From an uncultured bacterium (GTDB lineage Bacteria > Chlamydiota > Chlamydiia > Chlamydiales > FEN-1388), in assembly GCA_964409235.1 (NCBI GenBank), contig CAYPCN010000004.1, positions 7,805 through 71,804 on the forward strand: 64,000 nucleotides of DNA, written 5' to 3'. The translations under genes and the position numbers were made by a program. The notes beneath the pieces are model-generated. The model was not told the origin of the DNA and made no database searches. It saw nothing but the letters and a program-made list of their open reading frames with translations. Below are positions 51,947 to 61,293 of this stretch, piece after piece (the stretch's first letter is position 1; every line of letters begins with the position of its first letter).

Positions 51947-53995
51947 ATGACTCCTAATGAGATAGACGGAAAGCTCTTGTATGCACTCGGTCACGACAGT
52001 TTTAGGGATTTGCATCCCACAACTCTGTGGGGGTGGCGAAAGATTCAGGTGTGGAGAGGGAAGAATTTTGAGATCAAGGATTCTTCTGGAAAACCTCACT
52101 CAATTGACAAAGACGCCTTTATTCAATGCTTCTTGAAGACTCTCACATCAACATCACAAACTAGCGACGCTGTGTCAGCGATCATCGACAGCATCTCTCA
52201 AGAACCCTTGCTTGAGTTTGACGCGTTTGTGAAGAAGGTCCGGGAGCAGGTCAATACGGAAAGGCCATCATCTGCACATGCGGCACCTCCTCCCAAAAGC
52301 TCGAGAGAGAGTGGGCTTGTGCTTGAGATCGAAGCGTTTATGAAGAAGGTCCGTGAACAGCTCAACGCGCTACATCTTCCCAAAAGCTCGAGAAAGACAA
52401 AGGTTCTTCAACTACTTTCTCCAAAACACCTATATCGGGCCCTTACATCCCGAACTCGTTCTCGTCCTGAAGCGCTAAGTCCGGCAACGGAGGAGCCTGC
52501 CAGAAGTCGTGCCACCGATCTCTCTGAAAGGTATACCTCGCTCTTCGCACGATATACAAAACTCAAAGAAGTAACCAACGATTCCCGATTCCACCTGTCG
52601 ATCAATCAGGAGCTCTCATCCGCCCATGATTTGCTACAAGCGTTGGTAGGCTCTGCATCTCCTCCTACAGACGATCTCGAGCAGGCATGTAACACACTGT
52701 CCCGTCTCCTCGACGAAACCGAGAAACACTTTGCCGAAGCGCTTGCTCAGTTTGATAAGGCCTCCACTCATATATCTCGGGCTATGGCGTCCATCCTCGA
52801 AATAGAGAATACTGAAGCTCTTCTCCAAAAAATCGATGCTCTTCTTCACTTCATCGAGACGACTATCGCCCCGATTCAGCTACCGTTCGCTGAGACGAAG
52901 CAACAACTACAGACGCTACGTGCTGTTGCTGACGCAGCATTAGCCATGGCAAAGCAAGCGGCGAACTATCTCTCGTCATATACACCAGGACAAAAAGCCG
53001 ATCTCTCTGCCCTTCGCTCTGCACAAGAACTCTTCCTAACAGCACGAAAAAAGACGGATCTCCATCCCCACGTCGGACAGAAGGAATTGGCATTTGTGGA
53101 ATGCGTCGAAACCCTTGATACGCTCAATAGATTTCACGCTGATAGTTATGGGGTATGGTGGTTCACCACTGGCATCTGGATAGATCCTACGTCTCACAAA
53201 ATGACTACCGGATGGGCTGTCCGCCAAGACACCAGCGGAATTGCGACTGCCTTGGCCAGGGCGCAAAAAGCCTTGACACCATATCTTGCAACGCTTTCTC
53301 CAAGCATAGGCCCAAAACTCATTACGACTCTTCAATACCTCCAGTCTGCGTATCGTGCAGCATACTATCCAGAGATCGGCCGTGCTACGGCAGCGTGGAT
53401 AGCGGAAATCCAACATTCTGAACGGGCGGCGCCTGCTCTTGCTACGCAGATGCTTCCAGATGGTGAGCAGGCAGAGCCTGTCCTTTCTCCGCTCATACCT
53501 CCAGCTCCTGACCGTGCCACAGGCACAGCGGCCAAGAGCACGCCTCAACCGCGCCAAGAGATGCCAATCACATTTGAGGCATTGCAAGCAGATACATGTC
53601 TTGAATCTCAAGGAAATCTTCTCGACCTGATCCAGCAAGCGACTACAACCATTCCGGAAGGAGAGAGAAACTCCTCCCCTCTCTACATTCTCTATGTCTT
53701 GATGCAGCAAGAAATGGTCATCGCGCAACAGAAAACTCGTGAACAGTTTCAGGAACAAGTTGCGCAGCACTTGAATATCTTGATGACGGGGACCTGGTTT
53801 AGCAAGGCTCGCCTCTTTGCGAGTTTTCCATCACAAGTCCGAGGCGTTCTTTCGCCATTTCGCCCTTCTCTCTCACAAGTAACGGAAGAGCTAGGGCATA
53901 TTTCTCACTCCGTCATCGATCGACTCAGCAAAGATGCTTTTGAGCATTTCTCAAAATCACTTGACATACCCGGCTCTACAACGCAATCGGGATAG
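51947..53995 (+). CDS. hypothetical protein with an internal tandem duplication
   Basis: 682-aa ORF whose ATG directly abuts the acpS stop codon. No domain recognised. Repeat AF[VM]KKVREQ[VL]N...PKSSR occurs twice. Confidence 0.55.
   Translation: MTPNEIDGKLLYALGHDSFRDLHPTTLWGWRKIQVWRGKNFEIKDSSGKPHSIDKDAFIQCFLKTLTSTSQTSDAVSAIIDSISQEPLLEFDAFVKKVREQVNTERPSSAHAAPPPKSSRESGLVLEIEAFMKKVREQLNALHLPKSSRKTKVLQLLSPKHLYRALTSRTRSRPEALSPATEEPARSRATDLSERYTSLFARYTKLKEVTNDSRFHLSINQELSSAHDLLQALVGSASPPTDDLEQACNTLSRLLDETEKHFAEALAQFDKASTHISRAMASILEIENTEALLQKIDALLHFIETTIAPIQLPFAETKQQLQTLRAVADAALAMAKQAANYLSSYTPGQKADLSALRSAQELFLTARKKTDLHPHVGQKELAFVECVETLDTLNRFHADSYGVWWFTTGIWIDPTSHKMTTGWAVRQDTSGIATALARAQKALTPYLATLSPSIGPKLITTLQYLQSAYRAAYYPEIGRATAAWIAEIQHSERAAPALATQMLPDGEQAEPVLSPLIPPAPDRATGTAAKSTPQPRQEMPITFEALQADTCLESQGNLLDLIQQATTTIPEGERNSSPLYILYVLMQQEMVIAQQKTREQFQEQVAQHLNILMTGTWFSKARLFASFPSQVRGVLSPFRPSLSQVTEELGHISHSVIDRLSKDAFEHFSKSLDIPGSTTQSG
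52214..52393 (+). repeat. intragenic tandem duplication within the 682-aa ORF
   Basis: GAGTTTGACGCGTTTGTGAAGAAGGTCCGGGAGCAGGTCAA...CCCAAAAGCTCGAGAGAG (52214-52306) compared with GAGATCGAAGCGTTTATGAAGAAGGTCCGTGAACAGCTCAA...CCCAAAAGCTCGAGAAAG (52325-52393). The second copy lacks about 24 nt. Confidence 0.75.
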
Positions 53996-54770
53996 AAACG
54001 CTTCCTTGAATGGATGTCGCCCGTTGTAGGCCGCTCTTCGCCAACATTCGATGGATATACGATACTCGTGCTTCGATACCGCTATCCCATCGGTACGCAT
54101 AACTTGCTGTCATGGTATGGACACGCATCGGTACTGTGGCCATTCCTCGAAATGAGGATCGTCCCGAGCCGAAAGTGCGCAGGTGTTGATATGCCATTCG
54201 GACAAAATGTCGTTGCTTCATCACGTGCTGTATGCCGAATTCCCCACTCATAAACCGAGCTTTCGATGATCCTACGCCTCCGAAGAGGAAGGCAAACGCT
54301 TGCGTATAGCTCTCCTTTCGATTCATAAGATGGCGACCAATGCCGATTCCGAGGTCAATGACGTTTTTCGCCATCTCAAAATACACGGGAGCCTGACTTC
54401 GCGCACGACCCGCAACAGAAGCATCTGCGATCACCATCACGGCAAGAGGCGCATATTCGAGGTCAGAACAGATTTGCCGTGCGGCACGGACCGACAGCTT
54501 TCTTGTAGGCAGTGATCTCCCCTGGATCCCAACGTCGAACTCCCAGTCCGGTAGGAACGACGAGCTGACGTACACCATCCCTTCCGCTCGATGGGAGGGA
54601 GAGTGATCCCATCGTTCTCCCCGTCGATGTATCGAATACCGCTGTAGAGAGGCTGCAGCGCGTGTTTCGAGGAAGCTCTTTGTCCATGGTACAGCCTCGA
54701 TCTGAGGGGCAGCCTCAGCATACGTCGCAATAGCAATGGCGGCAGCGCAAGAACAGCAAAAGCTCTTCAT
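53976..54770 (-). CDS. hypothetical exported protein, possible small outer-membrane beta-barrel
   Basis: Signal peptide MKSFCCSCAAAIAIATYAEA. Alternating hydrophobic/polar strands (ASYAYRWDSGIEARVSYIH). The 3' end overlaps the convergent ORF by 20 nt. Confidence 0.45.
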   Translation of the reverse strand: MKSFCCSCAAAIAIATYAEAAPQIEAVPWTKSFLETRAAASLQRYSIHRRGERWDHSPSHRAEGMVYVSSSFLPDWEFDVGIQGRSLPTRKLSVRAARQICSDLEYAPLAVMVIADASVAGRARSQAPVYFEMAKNVIDLGIGIGRHLMNRKESYTQAFAFLFGGVGSSKARFMSGEFGIQHVMKQRHFVRMAYQHLRTFGSGRSSFRGMATVPMRVHTMTASYAYRWDSGIEARVSYIHRMLAKSGLQRATSIQGSVSIPIAL

Positions 54771-54786
54771 CCTCGACCTCTGAATT

Positions 54787-55755
54787 CTACTTTGGCAGGC
54801 TTTCGATCGCCGCTAATTCTCTCTCTATTTCCAATGCGGCCATGCATCCACTACCTGCTGCTGTAACTGCTTGACGATACACGTGATCTTGCACGTCGCC
54901 AGCGGCATATATGCCCGCTATCGATGTTCGGCATGACCCAGGAGCCACCTTGATATAGCCATTCTGGTCCACGTCGACTTGATTCTGTAAAAATCCTGAA
55001 TTGGGAGTATGCCCCACAGCAAAAAACAGCCCTGCTGCAGGACGAGTTTCGAGAGCGCCCGTTTTGACATTCTTGATGGTGATAGACCTCATCAACGAAT
55101 CTCCGGTAACCTCTTCTACAATGCTGTCCCACAGCACTGTGATCTTTGGATGGCGAAGTGCTCGATCCGCCATGATCTTTGACGCCCGCAAGGTATCGCG
55201 ACGGTGGATGATGAAGACCCGTGCTGCATACCTCGTTAAGTAGAGAGATTCTTCCATTGCTGAGTCGCCGCCGCCAATCACGTACACATCTTTATTGCGA
55301 AAGATGGGCAACGCTCCATCACACACGGCGCACGCACTCACCCCCTTTTGCCAAAACTCCCCTTCTCGTGTGCCTTTAATATCAAGGCGCTTGGCCATGG
55401 CACCAGTGGCAACGATGACAGCATGGGCCAGTACTTCGCGAGAAGAGCTCGCCACTAGAAAAGGGCGCTTGGAACAATCAATGCTCTGCACATCTTCTGA
55501 GATGACTTCTGTGCCAAATCGCTCAGCCTGTTGGCGCATCTTCGCCATTAAATCCGGTCCGCTCACTGCTTCTGGAAAGCCTGGAAAGTTTTCCACGTCG
55601 GTCGTTGTCATCAACTGACCTCCGGCCACACCCGACAGAAACCCTTCAAAAAGAAGGGGCCGCAGCATGGCCCGTGCTGCGTAGATTGCCGCCGTATATC
55701 CCGCTGGGCCAGAGCCGATAACGACCACTTTTCGTTCTTCTATATTGCGTTCCAT
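54787..55755 (-). CDS. trxB: thioredoxin-disulfide reductase
   Basis: [11 protein letters not shown], redox-active CAVCDG and [12 protein letters not shown] at 55755 has GGGAGA 5 nt upstream; the track start is 55776. Confidence 0.9.
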   Translation of the reverse strand: MERNIEERKVVVIGSGPAGYTAAIYAARAMLRPLLFEGFLSGVAGGQLMTTTDVENFPGFPEAVSGPDLMAKMRQQAERFGTEVISEDVQSIDCSKRPFLVASSSREVLAHAVIVATGAMAKRLDIKGTREGEFWQKGVSACAVCDGALPIFRNKDVYVIGGGDSAMEESLYLTRYAARVFIIHRRDTLRASKIMADRALRHPKITVLWDSIVEEVTGDSLMRSITIKNVKTGALETRPAAGLFFAVGHTPNSGFLQNQVDVDQNGYIKVAPGSCRTSIAGIYAAGDVQDHVYRQAVTAAGSGCMAALEIERELAAIESLPK

Positions 55756-56887
55756 GTTTCTCTCCCGTGTGAACATACGACAATACTCGCTTCAGTGGTA
55801 ATCGTCGACTGACATCGTAATGGACCATCCGAAAAACAGCGATCTGAAGGCGTTCATAGGCCGACAAATTCTCTCCGGCACCTTCCTTACGAAGCAGATG
55901 GCCGATGCGATGTTCTTCGGCCTCATGATACATGCGCACAATGGCCTCGAAAAACGCCTTCCTCTGCGAATATTGGTAGGTGGACATGGCGCGGATATCA
56001 AACATCGAGGCCCAGGGAGGAATCTCCCCCCACAGGAGATGGTAAAAATTACACCCAAGAGCATAGGAATCTACAAGGTAACGGTTGATCTTTGCGTACG
56101 AACGCAGTAACGCCTCGGGCGGATTGCGCGTCTTTGGAACCTGTGGAACGTCAGAGCTACGCGTCTTCGATACCGACAGTGTCTTGCCAAAGTCGGCGAG
56201 CGCAGCTTCGAACTCCCCGTTTCCATACTCGCGGAGCAGGATGTTCCCTGCATGAAGGTCACGATGCACAAAACCACGGTCGTGCATTGCCTGTAGGCCG
56301 CAGATGAGATCTTCTACAATCTGCAAGGCTTGTGCCTCTGAAAAAGGATGCTGTTGCTTGAGCAAGTGGCCTAGCGTACCAGCAGGATAATACTCTAAAA
56401 AAATTGAATGCTTTTTCTTCCCTTTCGACCGCGAACCCAAAAAGGGCACAATGCCTCGTTGCCCCCTCAATTTTCGAAGGATTTTTATCTCTGCCTTCCC
56501 CGAGGCATCGCACAGGCAATGTGCTACAATCTTCGGACGTCTTCCATAGAAAATCGCTTTAACAACCTGCTTGTGGTACCCATACCCAATGCGCGTTTTA
56601 CCAGGAAGGTCGCGAATGAGATACGCTCGCCCTCCTTTCAGTTTTTCGATCACGCATGAGAACTTGGTACGCCTCCGTTGTTGCGCCTTCTTCCCTTTGC
56701 GTGCCTTCAGGTGTTCAATACGTCGACAGACCTGAATGAGCTCGCTTCGCGTCAAGCCAATGTTGCTATCCATGTTCCAAATCGCCTCTGCTCGAGAGAT
56801 AGCAACCTCATCGGCCCCGGCCAATAAAGGAGAGACTACCAAGAACACTGCTGGCAGTATCCACAACATCACCCTAAACGACATCAA
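55646..56887 (-). CDS. Hanks-type Ser/Thr protein kinase with an N-terminal signal/anchor sequence
   Basis: [12 protein letters not shown] (HRD loop), LADFGKT (DFG), PPEAL (APE-like) and VVKAIF (VAIK-like Lys). N-terminus [25 protein letters not shown]. The last ~36 codons overlap the trxB start. Confidence 0.8.
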   Translation of the reverse strand: MMSFRVMLWILPAVFLVVSPLLAGADEVAISRAEAIWNMDSNIGLTRSELIQVCRRIEHLKARKGKKAQQRRRTKFSCVIEKLKGGRAYLIRDLPGKTRIGYGYHKQVVKAIFYGRRPKIVAHCLCDASGKAEIKILRKLRGQRGIVPFLGSRSKGKKKHSIFLEYYPAGTLGHLLKQQHPFSEAQALQIVEDLICGLQAMHDRGFVHRDLHAGNILLREYGNGEFEAALADFGKTLSVSKTRSSDVPQVPKTRNPPEALLRSYAKINRYLVDSYALGCNFYHLLWGEIPPWASMFDIRAMSTYQYSQRKAFFEAIVRMYHEAEEHRIGHLLRKEGAGENLSAYERLQIAVFRMVHYDVSRRLPLKRVLSYVHTGEKHGTQYRRTKSGRYRLWPSGIYGGNLRSTGHAAAPSF

Positions 56888-57018
56888 CGATTCTCCATTG
56901 TCATCGTTTCACATGACCTCTGCTTCCATGCACATAGAAACATATTTTTTTAATACCACCTTCCCCCTCCAGTTGCAAGATATAGAGGCCCGTTTTTTTC
57001 ATGAGGATGTTCAGAGTT

Positions 57019-57050
57019 ATTTGTGATGTGTCTTTTGTGTAGCTCGATCC
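57019..57050 (-). repeat. PIE, internally deleted copy (both ends retained)
   Basis: ATTTGTGATGTGTCTTTTGTG (17/20 to 60701-60720) is joined directly to TAGCTCGATCC (11/11 to 60784-60794). About 60 nt of the internal sequence is missing. Confidence 0.7.
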
Positions 57051-57233
57051 ACCCCCCTGCTTCTCTTCTAAAAATTCACATAGCAAATGGCGCTTTCAAC
57101 GAGTACTCGTCATCTGTTCGTCTTCGTGGTAGACTGCGCTTCAAGCAGTGAAAGAAATAGAATGGCGTCCGAGCAGGTGGTTTCACTACGGCATCGACGA
57201 CGCCTTTTGCATGTGAATAGGGCCACGTCAGTG

Positions 57234-58469
57234 ATGAAAGCACCTCAATGGACAGCACCTTTTTTCTCTAGCATCCAGCTACTCGTACAACGCATCGTCC
57301 AAGACAGACTTGTAAAAGAAGCTGCAGCGATGACCTGTCAGTCATTCTTGGCCATTGTCCCTCTCTTGGCCGTGATGTTTGGCATTGCAAAGGGCTTTGG
57401 ACTCGAAGAGTTTTTGGACCACTGGCTTCAGGTAGAATTCGCCGAACATCAAGCAATGCTCTCCTATCTCCTCCAATTCAGCCAAACCACCTTAAAAGAG
57501 GCACAAGGAGGGATAATCGCCGGAATCGGTGTCTTTTTCCTGCTCTTTACCGCTATTCGGCTTCTTTCGTCGGTGGAAGACACGTTGAATGCCATGTGGG
57601 GCATTCGTCACGGAAATCCATCACTTCGAAAACTCAGTCACTATCTAGCCATTCTTCTGACATGCCCTCTTCTCCTGGCTCTTTCAAGCAGCGCGACCAT
57701 CTTTCTCGCAGCGCAGCTAACAGAGCTGACAGAATCCATACGATGGCTCAGCAACGTTCACGCGTTATTCTTTCTCGTGCCTTTTGCCATATCAGCGCTC
57801 CTCTTCTCAGTCATCTTATATTTCATGCCAAGCGCTCCAGTGAATAAGCTCGCTGCCTGCTGCAGCGGCTGTATAGCCGCAATTGCATTCCAATGCATTC
57901 AATCGTGGTACATCCTTTTCCAAGTACGATTGACCAAAGTCAGCGCAATATACGGAAGCTTTGCAGCCCTTCCCCTCTTCCTCGTCTGGCTGTGGATCAG
58001 CTGGCTTCTCATTCTCATAGCTGGAGAACTGGTCGTCTTCTTCCAAGAAAAGGGGTGGAAGCCGTATGTGACGGGATATGGCGACGCTCCCTTAGAACGA
58101 ATTGACACCGATGTGATGGTGGTTGCATGGACCATCTACCGCTTTAACCACAGCATGGACCACACACTATCGGACCTGTACGCATCCATTCCCCGCCCTA
58201 TTCGAGCGATTACTGCTTCTCTCCATCGCCTTGAAACACGAGGATATATTCTCAAAGGGTACTTGGACCATTCGTCAGCATCCATCATCCCTAATAGAGC
58301 GGCCTTGGGGCTCTCGTTGTCCGATCTTATTTTCCCAATGGTTTCCCCGGAGACATCACCCGTTGTCCCCCACGTCGCAGCGGCTATTACGCAATGGAAA
58401 AGTGACGCTCAGAGCAGTGCGCTCAATCTTCGACTTGATCAACTTTCCTTTGAGCCGATTGAGCCGTGA
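57234..58469 (+). CDS. YihY/BrkB-family membrane protein with a C-terminal wHTH-like extension
   Basis: KEAAAMTCQSFLAIVPLLAVMFG is an opening typical of YihY, followed by six transmembrane segments. The tail LSDLYASIPRPIRAITASLHRLETRGYILKG looks winged-helix-like. The track ORF starts at 57087. Confidence 0.7.
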   Translation: MKAPQWTAPFFSSIQLLVQRIVQDRLVKEAAAMTCQSFLAIVPLLAVMFGIAKGFGLEEFLDHWLQVEFAEHQAMLSYLLQFSQTTLKEAQGGIIAGIGVFFLLFTAIRLLSSVEDTLNAMWGIRHGNPSLRKLSHYLAILLTCPLLLALSSSATIFLAAQLTELTESIRWLSNVHALFFLVPFAISALLFSVILYFMPSAPVNKLAACCSGCIAAIAFQCIQSWYILFQVRLTKVSAIYGSFAALPLFLVWLWISWLLILIAGELVVFFQEKGWKPYVTGYGDAPLERIDTDVMVVAWTIYRFNHSMDHTLSDLYASIPRPIRAITASLHRLETRGYILKGYLDHSSASIIPNRAALGLSLSDLIFPMVSPETSPVVPHVAAAITQWKSDAQSSALNLRLDQLSFEPIEP

Positions 58470-59023
58470 AGCTGGCGCCACGCTTGCGACGTCGGATCTC
58501 CACTCGTCGTCCATAGAATGCGCCCTTGCTCATCGAGGAGAAACACCTGCAGCAAATCGATCTCTTGCGCAGAAAGCCGGAAGAGCGCTGCCGCCTCATC
58601 CATATTCGAAAAGAGGACGCCGACGTGCTGTGCCAAGCGCTCTGGAATGTGTTGACGAATGCATTCCATGAGAGGGTAGCGGAGCAGACGATTGGCCATA
58701 AAAGAAGGGAATACAGGGATTACCATCACGCCCAATCGGTCAAGTGCCGAAGGGTGTTCGCAAAACAGCCGATACCACTTCGATAATGCATGTCGGGCTT
58801 CGCCTTTGCACCCAACAAACACAAGCTCATTGTGCCCACTAGGCACGAATTGCGTCTCTCCTTGAAGGGTGTAGAGCGACAATTTTGGGAACACCCCCAG
58901 CTCTGGACTCCGAACTTCACGCCCAGACGGCGCCCCAGCAGAGGCGGGTAGCGGTGAACTTCCTCCATAGAGATGAAGGACAGACAAGCAGGCAAGGAGT
59001 ACGGCGAGGCTGACCTTTCTCAT
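58439..59023 (-). CDS. hypothetical exported protein (possibly thioredoxin-like fold without CxxC)
   Basis: MRKVSLAVLLACLSVLHLYGG signal sequence. The 3' end overlaps convergent yihY by 31 nt. The fold guess is weak. Confidence 0.4.
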   Translation of the reverse strand: MRKVSLAVLLACLSVLHLYGGSSPLPASAGAPSGREVRSPELGVFPKLSLYTLQGETQFVPSGHNELVFVGCKGEARHALSKWYRLFCEHPSALDRLGVMVIPVFPSFMANRLLRYPLMECIRQHIPERLAQHVGVLFSNMDEAAALFRLSAQEIDLLQVFLLDEQGRILWTTSGDPTSQAWRQLHGSIGSKES

Positions 59024-59106
59024 GTACACATCCTTCTTCACTGACACAAAAAGAAAAAGGATGAGCCGTTCAAGAAAAACTGTCAAAGAAAGACAAAGGG
59101 CGCAAT

Positions 59107-59139
59107 AAAAAAGGGGCTTTGAAAAAAGCCCCTTTTTTC
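59107..59139 (-). terminator. Rho-independent terminator (bidirectional form) downstream of the DUF378 gene
   Basis: AAAGGGGCTT (59111-59120) pairs with AAGCCCCTTT (59127-59136) around loop TGAAAA. It is flanked by an A-run and a T-run. Confidence 0.8.
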
Positions 59140-59170
59140 GGAAATCCGAAGAAACGCGGACAACGCGCTC

Positions 59171-59377
59171 TTACTTGCACCACCTGGTGTGAATTTGCTG
59201 CCAGAAAAAGATCTTATAGAGCGCCGAGAGCCCTACGAGAGCAAAGATCAAGCGAGAGATTGCCGATCCTCTCTCAAAAATGGCGGACACGAGATCGAAG
59301 TCGAAAAACCCGACCAGACCCCAATTCAGGCCACCGATGAGTATCAACACCATTGCGATGAGATCTATCAGCTTCAT
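59171..59377 (-). CDS. DUF378-family small membrane protein
   Basis: MKLIDLIAMVLILIGGLNWGLVGFFDFDLV matches the DUF378 signature. GGAG lies 6 nt upstream of ATG 59377. The track ORF is extended upstream to 59479. Confidence 0.7.
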   Translation of the reverse strand: MKLIDLIAMVLILIGGLNWGLVGFFDFDLVSAIFERGSAISRLIFALVGLSALYKIFFWQQIHTRWCK

Positions 59378-59777
59378 ATGTTTCTCCTTCATTGTTTTTT
59401 GGACCATAGAGAACATACTTCTTTCCATACATACCAATGAGTATTTCTGTCCAGAAATTCTTTTATCCCCTGCCGGCAACGATTCAGCTCAAGAAAGCGG
59501 CGACCCACATTGCATTGCCGCCATCACGTGGCAACTTGGGACTCCGCTGTTTTGCGCCCATTGGGAATTGCATCGCACGCGTTGCCTAGAGCTTGCCGTT
59601 CACCGATGGGGACGGCAAGGTCGCCGGAAAAAATCTTGAGCAACACCCGAAGCAGTCAAGAAAGACTTTGACCGCTACTTAGTGCGGCAAAGGCTAGCAA
59701 CGCATTTGCCTCTGTTGCGTTTTTTTCAAAAGGTGAGACAAAGTCAAAGTAGAGGACTGGTTGATGTCTCTTTAGAA

Positions 59778-60665
59778 ATGTACAATGTGACTCTTACGCC
59801 CAAGTGGAGGTGCATTTTGACGGTCGAATTACTGTCGTTACATGATGAGGAACGGATTTCCGCGCTCTGCAGACAGTTGGGGCTTCCTCTGTCTGAGTAC
59901 AACTTTGCCAATCTCTATCTATTCAGAAAGGTCCATCACTATCATCTTATTGAAGAGCAGAACTCCCTCCTCTTTCTAAAGGGCATATCGTACGAGGAAA
60001 GGCCGTTTCTCATGCCGCTCTTCCATCCCAAGCAATGGAGCGACTGTCTCCAAATCGCCCGGAAGCATCAGGCCGACTATCTTTTCCCCATCCCAGAAGA
60101 ATGGTTTCCAGAGGTGCATGCGCAAGGATACTCTCTTCAATGTTCCGAAGATGAAAGTGATTATCTGTATGACGCAGGGGCGATACGATCGCTGCATGGT
60201 CGCCATCTTGACGGGCATAGAAATCTCCTGAGAGGCTTTCTTTCAGATCACACTGTCGACGTCCTAGATCTCCACCATCATTCCCTGCCAAAGGCACGTA
60301 CTATCATCGATCAGTGGGCACAGGCTAAACAGCATGTGCGGGATGATGTAGAGGCGTGCTACGAAGGCTCTGAACAGGCTGATCTCTTGGGGCTACAGGG
60401 ATGGATATATGAGGTCGACGGTCTTCCTTCCGGGTTTCTACTTGGTGGTCCTCTCACGCAACACATCTATGCGTACCATTTTTCAAAAACCTCAGGGGCC
60501 TATCGAGGCCTGCCGACGTATATGCATCACGACGTGGCCAGGCGAATACCCAGCCAATATACCCTGCTCAATTGGGAGCAGGACTTAGGCATCGAAGGGC
60601 TCCGCCATGCAAAACGATCCTACCATCCGAAAGCCATGGTCAAAAAAGGGCGGCTATGGGTATGA
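59778..60665 (+). CDS. DUF2156-like protein (MprF C-terminal/GNAT-like fold family)
   Basis: SEYNFANLYLFRKVHHY...ESDYLYDAGAIRSLHGRHLDGHRNLLRGF resembles the DUF2156 pattern. The start is uncertain: the track has GTG 59682, but a terminator-like hairpin lies at 59697-59727, so ATG 59778 is preferred. Confidence 0.55.
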   Translation: MYNVTLTPKWRCILTVELLSLHDEERISALCRQLGLPLSEYNFANLYLFRKVHHYHLIEEQNSLLFLKGISYEERPFLMPLFHPKQWSDCLQIARKHQADYLFPIPEEWFPEVHAQGYSLQCSEDESDYLYDAGAIRSLHGRHLDGHRNLLRGFLSDHTVDVLDLHHHSLPKARTIIDQWAQAKQHVRDDVEACYEGSEQADLLGLQGWIYEVDGLPSGFLLGGPLTQHIYAYHFSKTSGAYRGLPTYMHHDVARRIPSQYTLLNWEQDLGIEGLRHAKRSYHPKAMVKKGRLWV

Positions 60666-60698
60666 GGATTGTCTGAGCATTGTCTAGTACATAGAAAT

Positions 60699-60789
60699 CC
60701 ATTTGCGATGTGCCTTTTGGAAGATGCGGGAGGGTCTTTTCGGCCGAATCTACCCAAAACCTCCTCACCTATCGGTTTTGGGATAGCTC
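60699..60789 (-). repeat. PIE, full-length copy in inverted orientation
   Basis: The reverse complement reads GAGCTATCCCAAAACCGATAGGTGAGGAGGTTTTGGGTAGATTCGGCCGAAAAGACCCTCCCGCATCTTCCAAAAGGCACATCGCAAATGG. A further plus-oriented arm CCACATCGTACATGG lies at 60825-60839. Confidence 0.8.
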
Positions 60790-60849
60790 GATCCAAAAAA
60801 CTCTCATTTCCGCTCTAAAAGTCCACATCGTACATGGATCATAGAGAAC

Positions 60850-61293
60850 ATGGGAGACAGCAGCATGTCCATCCAACCAATTCAAACGGCCGACTTACTC
60901 CCAGGCCAATGGGTTGAATTTTCATCTCCAAGCATAGACATTGGCGATGAGCAACAACGGCCGTACAAAGTCATCTTCAAAAAAATCAACCCGTGCGAGC
61001 CGGATGTTGGAATGTGCTATCTCCTATCAATCTCCACTAACTTATTAGAATATCGCCGACACACATTGACTCTTGGCCCCTACAAGGTCCCCAAAGATGC
61101 AATGGTCCGAACTTTTGATGCCTCCGATTCGCTCTTCTTCGACCTAAAGCCACGTATCCAAGAATGCGCAACGAAATATTTGAAATCCCTCGTCACCCTT
61201 CGCGTGTTTGGCATTGGAATCGATCCCGAAAGCAATGCGATGGCATCAGCCGAAAAGCTCCGACGCATGTTCTTTCCTTCTCAATCACTGTGA
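60850..61293 (+). CDS. hypothetical protein
   Basis: 147-aa ORF with no recognisable motif. The 3' end overlaps the convergent gene by 9 nt. Confidence 0.4.
   Translation: MGDSSMSIQPIQTADLLPGQWVEFSSPSIDIGDEQQRPYKVIFKKINPCEPDVGMCYLLSISTNLLEYRRHTLTLGPYKVPKDAMVRTFDASDSLFFDLKPRIQECATKYLKSLVTLRVFGIGIDPESNAMASAEKLRRMFFPSQSL

Noticed and set aside
53036-53770. 244-aa ORF on the minus strand
   Set aside because: It is antisense to the longer 682-aa ORF. It has a Cys/Arg-rich composition typical of a shadow frame.
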